64,000 bases of DNA from Azolla caroliniana. Its lineage: Eukaryota > Plantae > Polypodiophyta. The position numbers and the translations under genes are program-made. Below are positions 49,101 to 62,499 of this stretch, piece after piece. The notes beneath the pieces are model-generated. The model searched no databases, had not been told where the DNA came from, and worked only from the letters and a program-made list of their open reading frames with translations. The stretch is from positions 2,790,001-2,854,000 of the forward strand of contig JBHGNT010000007.1 in NCBI GenBank assembly GCA_043228905.1, read 5' to 3'. Each line of letters opens with the position of its first letter. The stretch's first letter is position 1.

Positions 49101-52100
49101 GTGGAGAGATCTGGAGAGTCCGTTAGTCTTGATGATTGTGTGCATGATATGGATCAAAGCATTAGTGCCCTATGAAATACTCTGGTGTCGTGATAATGCA
49201 TGGTGTGCTACTCAAGCAGGACCACGGGGGTCTTGGAGTAGGGAGGATCCTCAGCCTGGAAGAGCTTAGAGTCAAAGGGAGGTCAGACTCGAAGAGAGCC
49301 TAGAGTCGAAAGGAGGCCAGACTCGAAGGGAGCCCAAAGTCAAAGGGAGCTCAAACTTGAAGGGAGCTTAGAGTTGAAGGGAGAGAACTGTCTTGTACAT
49401 TCCTCCCTCCCTCTCCCTCCCTCTCTCTCCCTCTCTCTTGCAATAAGCCGCGAATTTGATGGCATGGTGCGCACCGTCCTTTCCCGCTTGGTTGATTACC
49501 CATCCAATCCTTGTTGGACTCATATCTATCGCCACGTAGATGGGCATTCCTTGTACACAGTTTTTCGTAAACCTGGTGCCGCAACCAACATTCCCTTTAC
49601 CTTCTTCATCTCCTCTGTGTGTTCATCTTCCCATTTGAACTTCCGCCCCTTCTTGGGTAGCCTGTACAAGGGCTCGGCTATGTGAGCGTAGTGGGGAATC
49701 CAAATATGGTAGAATGCACAAGAACCAAGAAATCGCCTCACCTCTGTTTGCAATTTGCATTCCTCTCTCATCTCCCTGATGGCATCCACCTTTTTTGGGA
49801 ATGGCTTTCATCCGTACGCCTCGTATAACTGTCCCACCACGAGAATTTCCGATTGACCGAATGCCGACTTTCGCCCGAGAAAGTTAGATGTGCATCTTCT
49901 AGTCTCCGAAGAACCTTCTCACAATCAGCGATGTGACACTACACGAAATGCCTGCACCCGTCCTCATCTAGAGTCTCATCCTTGTCTATTGCTGGGCACC
50001 ACTTTATCAGTATGTCGTTGAGGAATGGCATGGTGATGTTCGGGATGCAGTCTCTCAATACCTTGTTCATTACATTCACCATGTGGGCGATAGAGTTTAT
50101 GCCTCCTTGCAGCATGGTACACATTTGCAATAGGCCGATCGGGGTTCACATTGTTGCTATATCCCTACTTTCCATGGCTAGTTGGAATTGGTAGTACCTT
50201 GAGTACAAATCACCAATCTCGCAAATAGACCTTCCGGCGAAGGCTTCGGAAAATTCGTCGATAATTAGTCTGACTCCTGCATTGTGAATTGTCTCTTTGA
50301 TGATGGGTTGCAGGTCCTAAATGAAGCATAAGCTGCTATTCTTCTTCAACACAGTAAACCATCGATTTGAGTAGCTCAATCAGCTTTGGGATGTGAGCTC
50401 TCAGCACCGAGATCGGCTTGAAAATCACCATTGGTTCCATGATCCTAGGGTCTATGCACCCTATCTCGTTTGGCAAGAAGGAAAAAGCTCTTCCGTGGCT
50501 TTCGAGCATCTAGAGATACCCTCCTTGTAGGAAGGACTTATATGCTTTCTTGAGGATCCGTTGTGCTTCCTTCTTCGACCATGAAGTATCCGCTTTCATT
50601 GAACTCAAGAACTTGCCTATGTGTAGCCACTCCCCTTCATACTCGCTTTCATTGAAGGCATTGAGCACTTGCACACCTTGTTCTTCTGCAAATGCTTGGG
50701 CCATTTTAAAGAGTTGGAGAGGGACATCTTTCATCTTTTGACACCGTGTCTCTCTTCATACCTTACCCTCAATAGCATGTTTGCCATCACATTTATCTTC
50801 CCTAATATGTGGTGGACTTCTGGGTTTATTGATTTGATGTATGCAATTCACCTTAGCATGGCTAAGTCTAGTGTTGCACACCTTGATATCATTCCTGGCT
50901 TGGAAGACAATCCGTCTCTATCACGACCTCCATCCCAATTAGGTAGTCTTTATCTACCTTGACCACAAATGAGGAGTAGTTATTGTGCAACCCGACCATA
51001 TGGGTTGATAAGGTGTCAATGTAGGAAATTGTAGATGAGTAGGCGTAATAAGAATAACTAGTCAGGTCAACTAAAATAATATTTTGTGGGCAAGTTAAGA
51101 TGTACTTAATCTTGAAGTAAGTGCCGTTGACTTTAAGATAGGTACTATCTAGCCCTGGCTTGTATCTAGGGAGTTGGGTCATATTAAATGTGCAAGTGAG
51201 TTGATAGTAGTGGGGATAAATTGATCAGTTGGGGTTGATCATTGATTATATTTAACATCCCCTTCAATGGTCAATCCATTGAGTTGACTTGGAATCGGGC
51301 CAATTCCTAGTCGTTGAAGGTGTCGTTGTAGTTGTTCTGCTCCAAGCACTTTTGTGAAGATCTCCGCAACATTCTTTGATGTTAGACAGTACTAAAGCTC
51401 CACATTCTCATTATCTATTAGCTCCTGCACATAGTGTTACTGAATCTCTGTGTTTAGTACGTGCATGAAATACAGGGTTCGTGGCCATAGCCATGAAACT
51501 CTGATTGTCACACCTCAATACCGTTGCCATCCTCATTTGAACCACCACATCCATAAGGATTTTCCTTAATCTTTGTATTCTGCCTCCGGTGTGCCACTGT
51601 TGGTTGCTTTTTTACTGCCCCAGAACCCATTGAAACAAAATATCCAGAAACTGATTTCCTGGAATCACTATCTCCAGCCCAGTTAGTGTCACAATACCCA
51701 CTAAGTTCGTCAACTGTTGGCTTGTAGAAGATTCCATAATGTAAAGTACCCATTATGTACTTTAATACACGTTGGGCAGCTTTCCAATGAATCTCCTTCG
51801 GCTTGTTGCTGAATTGTTAGATATAATCAATGATCAACCCCAAATTGTCAATTTATCCCCACATGTATTCTTAGAATGCACATTTCGTGATAGTGCTCCA
51901 AATGAGGAGTAGCTATTGTGCAACCCGACCATATGGGTCGATAAGGTGTCAATGTAAGAACATGTAGATGAGTAGGGTAATAGGATTGACTAGTCATTTC
52001 AACTAGAATATTATTTTGTGGGCAAGTTAAGATTTACTTAGTCTTGAAGTATGTGCCATTGACTTAAAGATAAGTACTATCTAGCACTAGCTTGTATCTA

Positions 52101-55100
52101 GGGAGCTGGGTCATATTAAATGACAAGTTCGTGTGCTCTGTGATTGTAACTCTATATGCCGATCTATTTGATTCTCAATATTTCTAACAAGTTCATGGCT
52201 GTTGGAACTTCAAATGTGCACATTGTCTTTCAGAGCATCAAGGGCTGCATATCCACGAGAAAGTCGAGCAAAAGCAGCCTCTCATAAGGAGAACCGAGGC
52301 CCTGTGAATGTTACTCCTAGCTATGTGTATGATCATGTTTATGCCAGGTTTTCCTCTCCCAAGAAGGATTGTGGTTCTGATCTTGTTACAAGTGTTTCAA
52401 ACAAGTATACTTTAATTTCCAGCTTTTGGAACTGCATATGTGCACAATGGCAACAAGGGTTGCATATCCTTGCGATGAGGTCCTTCAAGTATTGCTAATG
52501 TCTTGTAGGGAGAACTGAGGCCCTGTGAGTGTTTGTCCTATGTATGTATGATCTTCTGTATGCCAGCTTTTTTCCTGCGAAGAAGAATTTCGGTTTTGAT
52601 CTCATCTCCCATGCTCGAGTGTTGTTAAACACCATCACATCAATTTTAGTAAGGTCTACTGACATTGTCTTTAAAATTTGATTTGAAATCATCGAGATGT
52701 CTTGTCTTTGTAGTCCCTCTGGAGAATTGGAGACCAACACAATGTCATCATCATACAGTAATATCTGCATGGCTGTCCCCCTCAAGCATGCTTCTGAATC
52801 ACCCAATCTCTCTTATGTATATAGATATCTCATCTATATAAAGACTGAAGGGAGTGGACTGATAATAGGGAATTGTAGTTTCACTCCAATGGTACTATCC
52901 ACGACCTCCGACAACCCATTAGGAGCACAGATTTTTTTGATTGATTCATATAGTGCACGGATTCCCCACTGCATATCTAATGGGATGCCGAGGGCTTCTG
53001 TGATTGCAATGAATTATATCTACTTATAATGGAGCCATCACTCTTTATTAGGGTGAATAAAATGGCTGTGTGCTATTTATGTTTATGCATCATGTATAAT
53101 GGTGGCGCACATGACTGCTATCTTACACAATGTTGCAAAACAAACATGAGAGCTTTTTTTCTGAAAAAAAAATCCCTGGAAATGATTATGGTGTGTGTTT
53201 TTCAAGATGGCATTGGAAATTCCAGCAATGATATCTCATAATATGGAAACGGCATATGGTGGTGGAGAAGGCTCCTTTTTGCGCAGCATTGTGACACCAA
53301 TATATAATTTAGTGAAAAAGGTCCACTTTTTTAATTCTTTTTCATGGTAAAAATAGGATATCAAAGTCTAGTCAAGATTTGAGTTATTGAGAAATATCAC
53401 ATCAGGAGGCCGAAAACAATAGAAATGGAACTGCTCCACATGTTCTATGGAGAAATTATGATGACTTGAACGAGTATTTCTGGTAACAGTTTGGGTCTTG
53501 GATTATTAAATTTAGAATATATGTGGTAATGGTTCAATTTATGTAAATACTTCATGTAGGTCTAAGTGTTGCTTTGAGTTGAAGTGGCCATGGGATGAGT
53601 CGAAAGAGTATTTCCAAACTTGCAAAACTTCTGTAATTTCCAAGGCATGCAGTCTCGTATTTAATTGTTTATCCTTTCGAAACCTAGATTTACGGCATTC
53701 TTTAATATACACCCTATTTTTCCAGGATAAAAAAACATCATTTCAAAATGTCCGGAAAATGAATTTTGTTGAAGTTCGAACCTTTTGGCATCTATTCAGA
53801 AGCTTTGATCGAATGTGGACATTTTACATCCTTGCCTTGCAGGTTTGGTATAAAAGGCACAAGTTGCAAGTTTATTATGATTGCATATAAAATATGTGAC
53901 TATCAAATATCAATTTAGTAAGAGGAATCTACAGAATATTGTATGATGTACATTTTGGTTTGGCATTTCACCTTGACCTTTTTGAGTGTTCAAATGAAGA
54001 CCAATGTTTGATGGCCTTGGCTACCTTCAAACCACAATGGCCACAAAGTGGGGTCGTGGCTAGATGTGGGAACCAGCTATCATGAACAGGGAACTTGGAC
54101 TAGTCTGGTTGGAGATGACTCGAACAAGCATGATGTTAAGAACTGGTGAAAGAATGAAATATTTGTTTCCTGAATCACTCAATTCTTGACATCCCTTAAA
54201 TGTACAACGCATGAAAAAACAATGCACGTGGTCTATGGGGGAAGAAAGATACAAAATCTGTTGGTAGTTGATTACTACACATTACTAGGTGGAAGTCACC
54301 TCAGAAAAACTTTTATCCATCTCTAATAGTATCATCAATGAGATTTTTGCCGGAGACTCTCAACAGTATGGTATTGCTTCTGGTACAATCAGACATTTGA
54401 GGCCCTAGAATTGTTCATAGAGATCAAAAAGGAGTTTGTATTTCTATTGAATGCCCTTTGGATATGCAAATGTATCTAGTATTTAAGGTTTAATGGCAGG
54501 AGCTATTTATCATGAAGATGTGAAATGAATATGAATCGATTTCATATGATAGTCAATGATTTTGTATTTAAATATTGCTTCAAATTGAGGATATTCTACT
54601 CCAATTTCATTACCGGAGCTGTAGCATATAAGCTCAATGTGTAAATGCATTTGACTGGAAAACTGTATGACATTCATTAAACTCCTCTGCAGATATGTCT
54701 TTTACTAGATTTCTTATATGAATACATTTGCAGGCAATGATTATATTGGCTTGGAACAATTTTACCTTCACTACTGCCACATTTGAGCTTCCTGTTTTAG
54801 AAAACATCCTAAGCATTTTCATTACAGCTGCTATACTTCGCCTTCTTCAAGGTCTATAATCAATGAATATAGTCACTATTTGAACCTATATGTTCTGTAT
54901 GATGTTGTCTCATGTTAATTGTCTGCACTGCAGCTCTACTGGATATCATATTGAACTTCAAAGCTTACTGCTGGATGAGATTAAGTGACATAAAGAGGCC
55001 ATTCCTTAAGTTGTTTGTTGCAGTATTCTGGGTTGTTGCATTGCCTGCCTGTTATGTTCATTCATCGGAAATCTCTACCAGGATGGTTAACGTGATAAAT

Positions 55101-58100
55101 AGCAAGTTTGGACAAAGACAAAAAGTACCTTATCTATACACTACAGCCATGATTGTCTATATGCTGCCAAATGTTGTTGGCACTCTATTTTTTCTGTTTC
55201 CCATTCTTAGAAAATGCGCTGAAAACTCACGCTGGAGGATAATCCAAAATTTGCTGTCATGGTCAGAAGTGAGATTTTCCTTTATTTCGTCTGTAGTAGC
55301 TATATTGTTAACAAACAAGATTTATGTAATGTGTTCTCATAGGTTTTTGACACTGCATTAAACTGTTGGCAGCCTCGTTTATATATTGGTCGTGGCATGC
55401 ATGAAGAAACTATTGTTGTATTTAGGTACTATGCTACTTAAACACATTTGAATATGTACATATTTTATTGAGAAGTTTTAAGAGTTATATCAAATGTGTG
55501 TTGCCTTATAGATACACTATGTTTTGGGTAATTTTGCTGATCGCGAAACTTCTCTTCAGTTATTATGTTCAGGTATATGCACAGTTTTGATTATGTGCAG
55601 TTATTTTCCTTGAATGTTTTGATTAATTATCAAATTGACATCTATCTTTTTCATCATATGTATGCTCATTATGTGAGTTGGAAAACAGATAAAACCCTTG
55701 GTAGAAGTTACAAGATCAATCACAGAGGTCACAAACATTCAATATGAATGGCATGAATTATTCCCTCATGGTCTGTGATATATACAGCATGTGATGTAAT
55801 AAAGTTTTTCTAATCAACTGAGTCCTAAATGTTGACAAATGTTTGCAGCAAACAACAACATTGGAGCTGTCATTTTTGTCTGGGTGCCAGTAATATTGGT
55901 AACAATTAACACCTTCAAACGAATACCAAATATTTATTTTGGCTTGTTTTTTATGAATGTATCGGTGCCATGCTATTCCTGAAAGTGTTAGTGTATGCTA
56001 ATCACACTTTTTCTTAAAATCTTACTTGATACCAACCTATTTCTGAAAATGGTAGTTTATGTACTTAATAACTTAATAACCCTTCAATCTACATGGAAAT
56101 TGAAATTAATTCTCAGGGCTGACAATGAAATTAACTCTTTTGTAGGTATATTTTATGGATACTCAGATCTGGTATGCAGTATTATCTACATTTGTTGGAG
56201 GAGTAAGTGGTGCATTTCTTCGGCTTGGTGAGGTGAGTAATATTAGTATATGCTGTTGTAGGATAGTGATCAATCCATTTTCCTGAAAAAGAAACATATT
56301 TAGTACATACAATATGGGAAAGCATACAAAGATATTCATGATGGTAGCTACCATATTAATTTGTACACAATCCAGTTCTTATGCATACTGATATTCCATG
56401 ATGGTAGCCTACGATCATATGCCTATTGTTAAGCTGTAGACTAGTGCACACTGCTGGAATACCCCAGACATGAGTATCATATCTGAGTAACTGAAGTGAC
56501 AACATCATAAAATTGAGGTTCTACATTGATCCATGGTTCACTGCCCATTGAGGCATTTGGGTATTTTGTTTCTTCCACTTCTTTTTGATATGTTAGAAAG
56601 CAACGAGATAGATTAATATCATAACTTTTTTCATTCATTTGCGTTAGCATTCTGTTTAGTTTTCGTATTCAACTAAGTTTTTTTAAACCTGTTCTTTTAT
56701 TGCTGAACTAATCATATCTTAAGTTTTCAATTTTGTTCAAGTGTAGATTCGTACTTTGCGGATGCTGCGTTCAAGGTTCATCCACCTACCTCAAGCCTCT
56801 AGTGAACGTCTGTTTTCAGAGCGAAAGGTACTCATTTATGTTTTGAAATGGAGTCAAAGACAGATAGTCACTAGGTGTTAATGAATGCATTCTTAAGTTA
56901 TCTGTTTGATAAGAGAGCTAAGATTTTGGTAAAGCAACATCAAGAATATATATTTGAGGCAGAATGATTAATATAGGCTTTCAGTAACAAGTCTGATCAT
57001 TCGAGATTTGCGAAGTTATGGAATCAAGTTATTAATAGCTTCAGAGATGAAGACATTATCAGCAACAGGTATATGGGTTGAATAAACGGAAAAGGAGAAT
57101 TTAATTACCAATGGAACTTAATACCCATTTCATATAATTAATGCAGGGATTTAGAATTACTCCTGGTTCCAGAATCTACATTTGACCCCACATTAAAAAT
57201 AAATTCCAAACAGTGGCCTCCATTTCTACTTGCAAGCAAGGTATTATATTTTTAGTTTAGCTTTTACTTGAATAGAAACACAAGTGTTTGCAGCATAACC
57301 AAGCCTATTTGGTTGTCTTTTCTTCAGTTACCTATAGCTTTGAAAATGTTAACTGAAAGGGAGCTTGAAGGGAAGGATCAAACTCAAGTTTGGAAGCGTA
57401 TTTCAGCAGAAGATTTTACAGCTGTTGCTGTTGAAGAATGCTATGAACTGTTCAAAATTTTTCTAGAACATCTAATTATTGGAACTCCTGAAAAGAAGTA
57501 ATATAAAAATGCAAGCGACCTAGTTATTTTTCATGAGTGAGAATTCATTAACATCTAGAACTGCACATAACATATTTACATGTATCTATAATCTCTGCAG
57601 TATGCACATTGCACCTATGCCTTTGAATGAGCATACTTGTACTGTCTTGCATGATCATGTCCTAGGAATTGAATTCCACCCTGTGTTTTTCTAGAATTGA
57701 AAAGGGGATATGAATAGCTTAATTCAGACCTTCACATTAGAAGCATAAAAGCATAGAATGTTAAATGTCTATTGTGGATTCAGACTTGCATCTCAGATCC
57801 TCGTCTGTAGTGTGAATGAGGAAGTCTTTGTCTATACAGCCTTAGAAGGATTCCTTTCTTGTATTAAAGTTTGCAGTAGATATATGTATATACTTAGTCA
57901 AGCTGCTGATTATGTGGATAAATTTTTGGTTTTCTCTGTTTCCTTGGACATTTGTAAGAAGTGTAGATACTCCAAGCTCCTTGAGTAACAACAGCTGTAC
58001 TGAACTAAATGACAAATATCAGGACACTGCACTCCTGAATATTCTGTAGAACTAAATGACAAACAGTGTGTTTGAAGAAAAATGGCCTGAAGGCTGCAAT

Positions 58101-61100
58101 GAAGTCAACTCCCTTAGCAAAGAAATGTATCATGTGCTTGCCAATATGCCATAAATCCAAATATCTTAAAAAAGAGAAACAAACTGGTATTCCACAGATG
58201 GTATCAACATATTCAACAGAGGAAAACCTAGTAGGGAGATGAAATCCAGATGGCTGTCAAAATTCTGCATATGACTTGTCATAGGACATTGAATAAATAT
58301 ACAAGGGTTATCTTGAAATGTTACTATCACAGAAATGCCACTCATTGTAAGCCAGTCACCAATGTAAAACCTGCCACTATCACCGCCATTCAAAAAACCT
58401 TAGCTTTAAAAGGAAGAGGGGAATGTCTTCTGATATTGAGAACGTCTTCCTATCTCATTGAAGAAGATGAGTGTAAGCCAACACCTCTGTTGGTCATAAG
58501 ATGCACTGCCCTGATTTGTCATATTTCCTATTCTTATTCCCGTTCTGCTGGTAATTTTCCACTTTACCAGTAATCTTGTCGCCTATTCTTTGTGATTTAT
58601 TTACTTCCATTTTACAAAAACTTATAATACGTTTGCAAATGCATTTGTTATTGCTTAAATAGTGTTAGTAATTCCTCATCATTACTGACACTGGTGTTAT
58701 TTTGTTCATTTTCATGATGTGCTTAATTGATTTTATGAGTTGAAATTACTTGTTAATGGTTTAGGATAATAGCATCAATTTTGGATGGAGTTGCCAAAAG
58801 CATCAATGAAGGAAAGTTTACAGAACAGTTCAACATAAATAAGATCCATCCGTTAAGCGAAAAATTTATTGACCTGATTGATACATTGATAACTCTGCAA
58901 TCGGTAAATCCACAACCCTCAAGGTTTTCTCAGGTTCTTGAACCATGCTGTGTGGAACCATTCAGTTTTAAATAACATGATTTCAGGAGGAAAGCTCCAG
59001 TGATGAGCTACGTAACAATGTCATCCGCTTACTACAAGATATGGTTGAAGTAACCACAAAAGATATTATGGTGGGGAAGAAATGTGCTGCAATTATTGCA
59101 GAGATTAATAGTATACAAGAGCAAAACTTTCCAGCTCCAAAGTATGATTAATGACATTGTATCATTTTTTTATAGTGATTTATTTTGTTTATTTTGCAGA
59201 AATAAGTGCATTACCCTAATAAATTCTGTGTAAATAGATTTAAGCTTGGGTATACCCGTGGAAGAGTGGAATCAGATGGCAAGCCAAAGCTGATATTCAC
59301 TGATAAAGGAGCTGTTAATTATTCACTTCTCGATTCTGAGCCTTGGCGGGAGCAAGTGTGCATATGATTTAAAAATCTACATTTGGACATGTATTTTGTT
59401 TAACTTTAAACTTTCTAATAAGTCCTTTGATGTGTATTTTATCCTAGATCAAACGTCTTCACTTACTGCTTACTATTAAAGAAGCTGCAATGGATGTGCC
59501 TTCAAATCGTGAAGCACAGCGTCGTATTACATTTTTCACCAATTCCTTGTTCATGAGTATGCCTAAAGCTCCTCCAGTGCGCAATATGCTTTCTTTTAGG
59601 TGCGTTTTGTTTTTGCACTTGGATATTATTGTTTAAAATAAGGAGGTGCACAGGTGCCATTCTTTTTCGGATAAGACAATACCGAGGATTTTTCTACCCA
59701 TAACTTGGTGCAAGGGAAATGAATGAATAAATTTATAGAAATGTCTAAGATATGAGAGAATCTTGATAACTGAGTGCTTAGCATTTTAAAGTTAGATGCA
59801 CTAAATTTCTATAATCAGAAAATAAATATAGCAAAGTTTATAGAACTGGGTAAGGTACCACAGGACCTTGTTATTGAAGCATTCTAAACTTAGATATACT
59901 GAAACCTCTGCCTTTGGAAGGTCTCAAACATGAACCAATCCAAGATTATTGATATCTTAGACTGAAATTAGGCTTCTCCAAAAGGAGGGAATCACCTTTG
60001 GTGCTGAATGAAAATGTCCTTTAGATGACAAGGGTGCTGGGGTTATGGTCGAAATACATGTGGCCTATGTGCATAAAAAATTGCTATTGGTTTATCTAAA
60101 TTATCCCCTTTTGAGTCATGTGATCGAAATCCTACTTTGTAGCCCTTGATTGACTGGTAGCATGAGAAGGGATGATGGCACTAAAGAAAATTGATGATCT
60201 GTTGTGGTTGTGTTGTTATCTTTCACCAAAATATCTCTGTTCTTTGATGCTTATATAGCTAGATTCTTGATATATTGTTGAATATTAAGTGCTTAGGTAA
60301 CTAGATTCTTTAGTGACCTATATTTAGTTATATTGTTTTTACTTACATTTTAAGAGCACATTTTAACCTTTAAAAGCTGGGAGTATAGATTCCTTTCTTT
60401 CCATGTCTATCAACTTCTATGAAAAAAATCCCAATCACTGTTGGCTCCCACATTCCATTGCCGTGTGTGGTGGGTCAAAGCTATAATAACATATCATATG
60501 ATATGATAGTATAATGGTAAATATTCTGATTCTCTGAGAGGTGCAAACATCGAGTAGGTAGGTCGAAAGTAGCAAACTGTAACATATAATATGCATCAAC
60601 ATCCTTTTGCTAGAGCTCCTCTTTTTATGCACAGCCAATCTACCAGAATCCCGAATACTTCCTGGCATACATGGTTGGAGATGGCATCCCAACTCCCATG
60701 CATATTCTTTATTATCAGTGCATTGATGCATTGTACCAGTAATAAGATCCTTTAGTCTCTTTTTATCTTATTTGCTTATTTTACTTAATAACATTTATTT
60801 ATTTTGATTTGTTGTTCTCAAAGATGAGACAACACTTGTTTGGTCTTATAGGCCATTTTGGCCTCTTAAAAGATGTTAATATATCTTTCTTTCTTTCTTT
60901 CATGTCTAGATTTGTAGATGCTTAGATTGCATAACACCATGCGAAAAGTTAATCCTAGATGTCCTCGATTTCTGAAGGATATTTTTCTTATTTCTTCCTA
61001 TAGGAACTATAGGACAAGATTGTTGTGTTTTGATGGAATCATGAACTTGGGCTTATTTTTCTTGATTCTCCATTATGTCACATGAGTATAAATTTAATAG

Positions 61101-62004
61101 ATTGTTTACTATGCTTCATCATCACACTTCCATACCCTGTAATCTAATCTATATGATCCCAAGTTGATGCTTTTCATGGCAAAGTTCCATCCTTCTTCAC
61201 ACCCTTCATGTTCATAGGGGATGCTATTATATGAAATGTGGGAACATATTTGAAAAGAAACGCCTCTTAACTGCATACCAAGAAAAACTTCTTTTGTCTT
61301 CTCATCTCCTCTTCAACTAGATTCATTAGTAAGTACCTAGATAACTAGATTCTTTAGTTAAGTTATATTTATTTTGCATTGGTGTAATCTCTTATTCGGT
61401 CTTATTGGACATTTTGCCTCCCAAAAGACATTAATATAACTTTCTTTAAGAACCATATATTGCCATTTGGTTTGTTCATAGTTTTGCATCCAGTTAAGGC
61501 TGACTATTTTATGGCATGTGGAAGTGTGCTGACGCCTTACTATATGCAAGACACTATCTATACAAAGGAGCATATTTATAAGATCAATGAAGATGGTGTT
61601 TCCACTTTGTTTTACCTCCAAAAAATATACCCAGGTTAATATTTGCAATTACATACAGTTAAATATCCATCTCTATTCGGACTTGTATTTACATCTGAAG
61701 TGTTATTTTATTATTATTATTAGATGAGTGGGAGAACTTTTTGGAAAGATTAGGTTTAGAAAGAGTTGGGGATGAATTAAAAGATCCTGAATTGTGGAAA
61801 GGTGAAAATGAAGTTGCATTAAGACATTGGGCATCAACAAGGGGGCAAACTCTGTTCCGGACAGGTATTCCTCTGTCATCCATGTGTGTTATCATACTTT
61901 GTTTTTTAAATCAATACTTCCCGTTTATATGACTCATAACTTCATTTTTGTAGTGAAAGGAATGATGTATTACCGGCAGGCATTGAATAACCTTTTGGAG
62001 CAAG
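40135..62004 (+). CDS. CALS: Callose synthase (1,3-beta-glucan synthase, GT48), multi-exon, 3' part continues beyond the window
   Basis: [54 protein letters not shown]|[126 protein letters not shown]|VKGMMYY; paralog not assignable. Confidence 0.93.
42560..46290 (-). mobile_element. LINE (APE endonuclease + RT + C-terminal CCHC; RTE/RTEX-like), degenerate, in a CalS intron
   Basis: Endonuclease [21 protein letters not shown]; [48 protein letters not shown]; [10 protein letters not shown]; (TTTC)-type tail at the left end. Confidence 0.88.
47615..47730 (-). pseudogene. Isolated PLS-class PPR motif fragment in a CalS intron
   Basis: - strand translation [32 protein letters not shown]. Confidence 0.7.
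49380..50900 (-). mobile_element. Ty3/Gypsy pol fragments (RT/RNase H), rearranged
   Basis: [67 protein letters not shown]. Confidence 0.8.
50960..52125 (-). mobile_element. Ty1/Copia 3' remnant (RNase H, PPT, LTR) with a second LTR copy
   Basis: [39 protein letters not shown]; PPT GAAGGGGA followed by TGTTAAAT at ~51257; ~225-bp direct repeats at ~50965 and ~51898. Confidence 0.8.
52150..53010 (-). mobile_element. LINE RT fragments of the same family as 42560-46290
   Basis: [29 protein letters not shown]; nucleotide similarity to 43960-44520. Confidence 0.8.
60750..60900 (+). mobile_element. 5'-truncated LINE 3' tail of the same family
   Basis: Reverse complement of ~42560-42725 (ttggtcttataggccattttg...aaaagatgttaatatatctttctttctttc). 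Confidence 0.75.
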
Positions 62005-62499
62005 GTAAAGAAAAAACATGCATTTGTATAACAAGATATATACATTTTTTTAAAAGATATACTTGAAACCTTGTCCACTATTATTTATTTGTGTGGGCAA
62101 CCATGACCAATTAGCTCTGTCAGCATGCTATCAAAATATAAAAACTACATAATGCTTTATATTCAGACAGTGAAATATGAATAGAAGTGGGACTCCAGTC
62201 ACAAGAAAATAAAATCCCTCCGAATACTCCCTACCTTACCTCTACAATTACTTTGGTTCTAATTTTGACGATCATTAATCAATTTTATGACAGAATTCTG
62301 TACTTTTTCTACAAATTGCTCTGAGATTAGTTAAACATAAGTCATCTTGCAAGGGACAGCAACTATAGTGTGTAGTATGCTTGAATTTTATTAAGTCTCT
62401 CTACCATAATGTCCCAGATATGTTTCCAAATCTCAAGCTTTAATGGTCTTTAGGAAGCAAAGCATCACAAAAACTATTGGAAGCACCTATGACAGTGGG

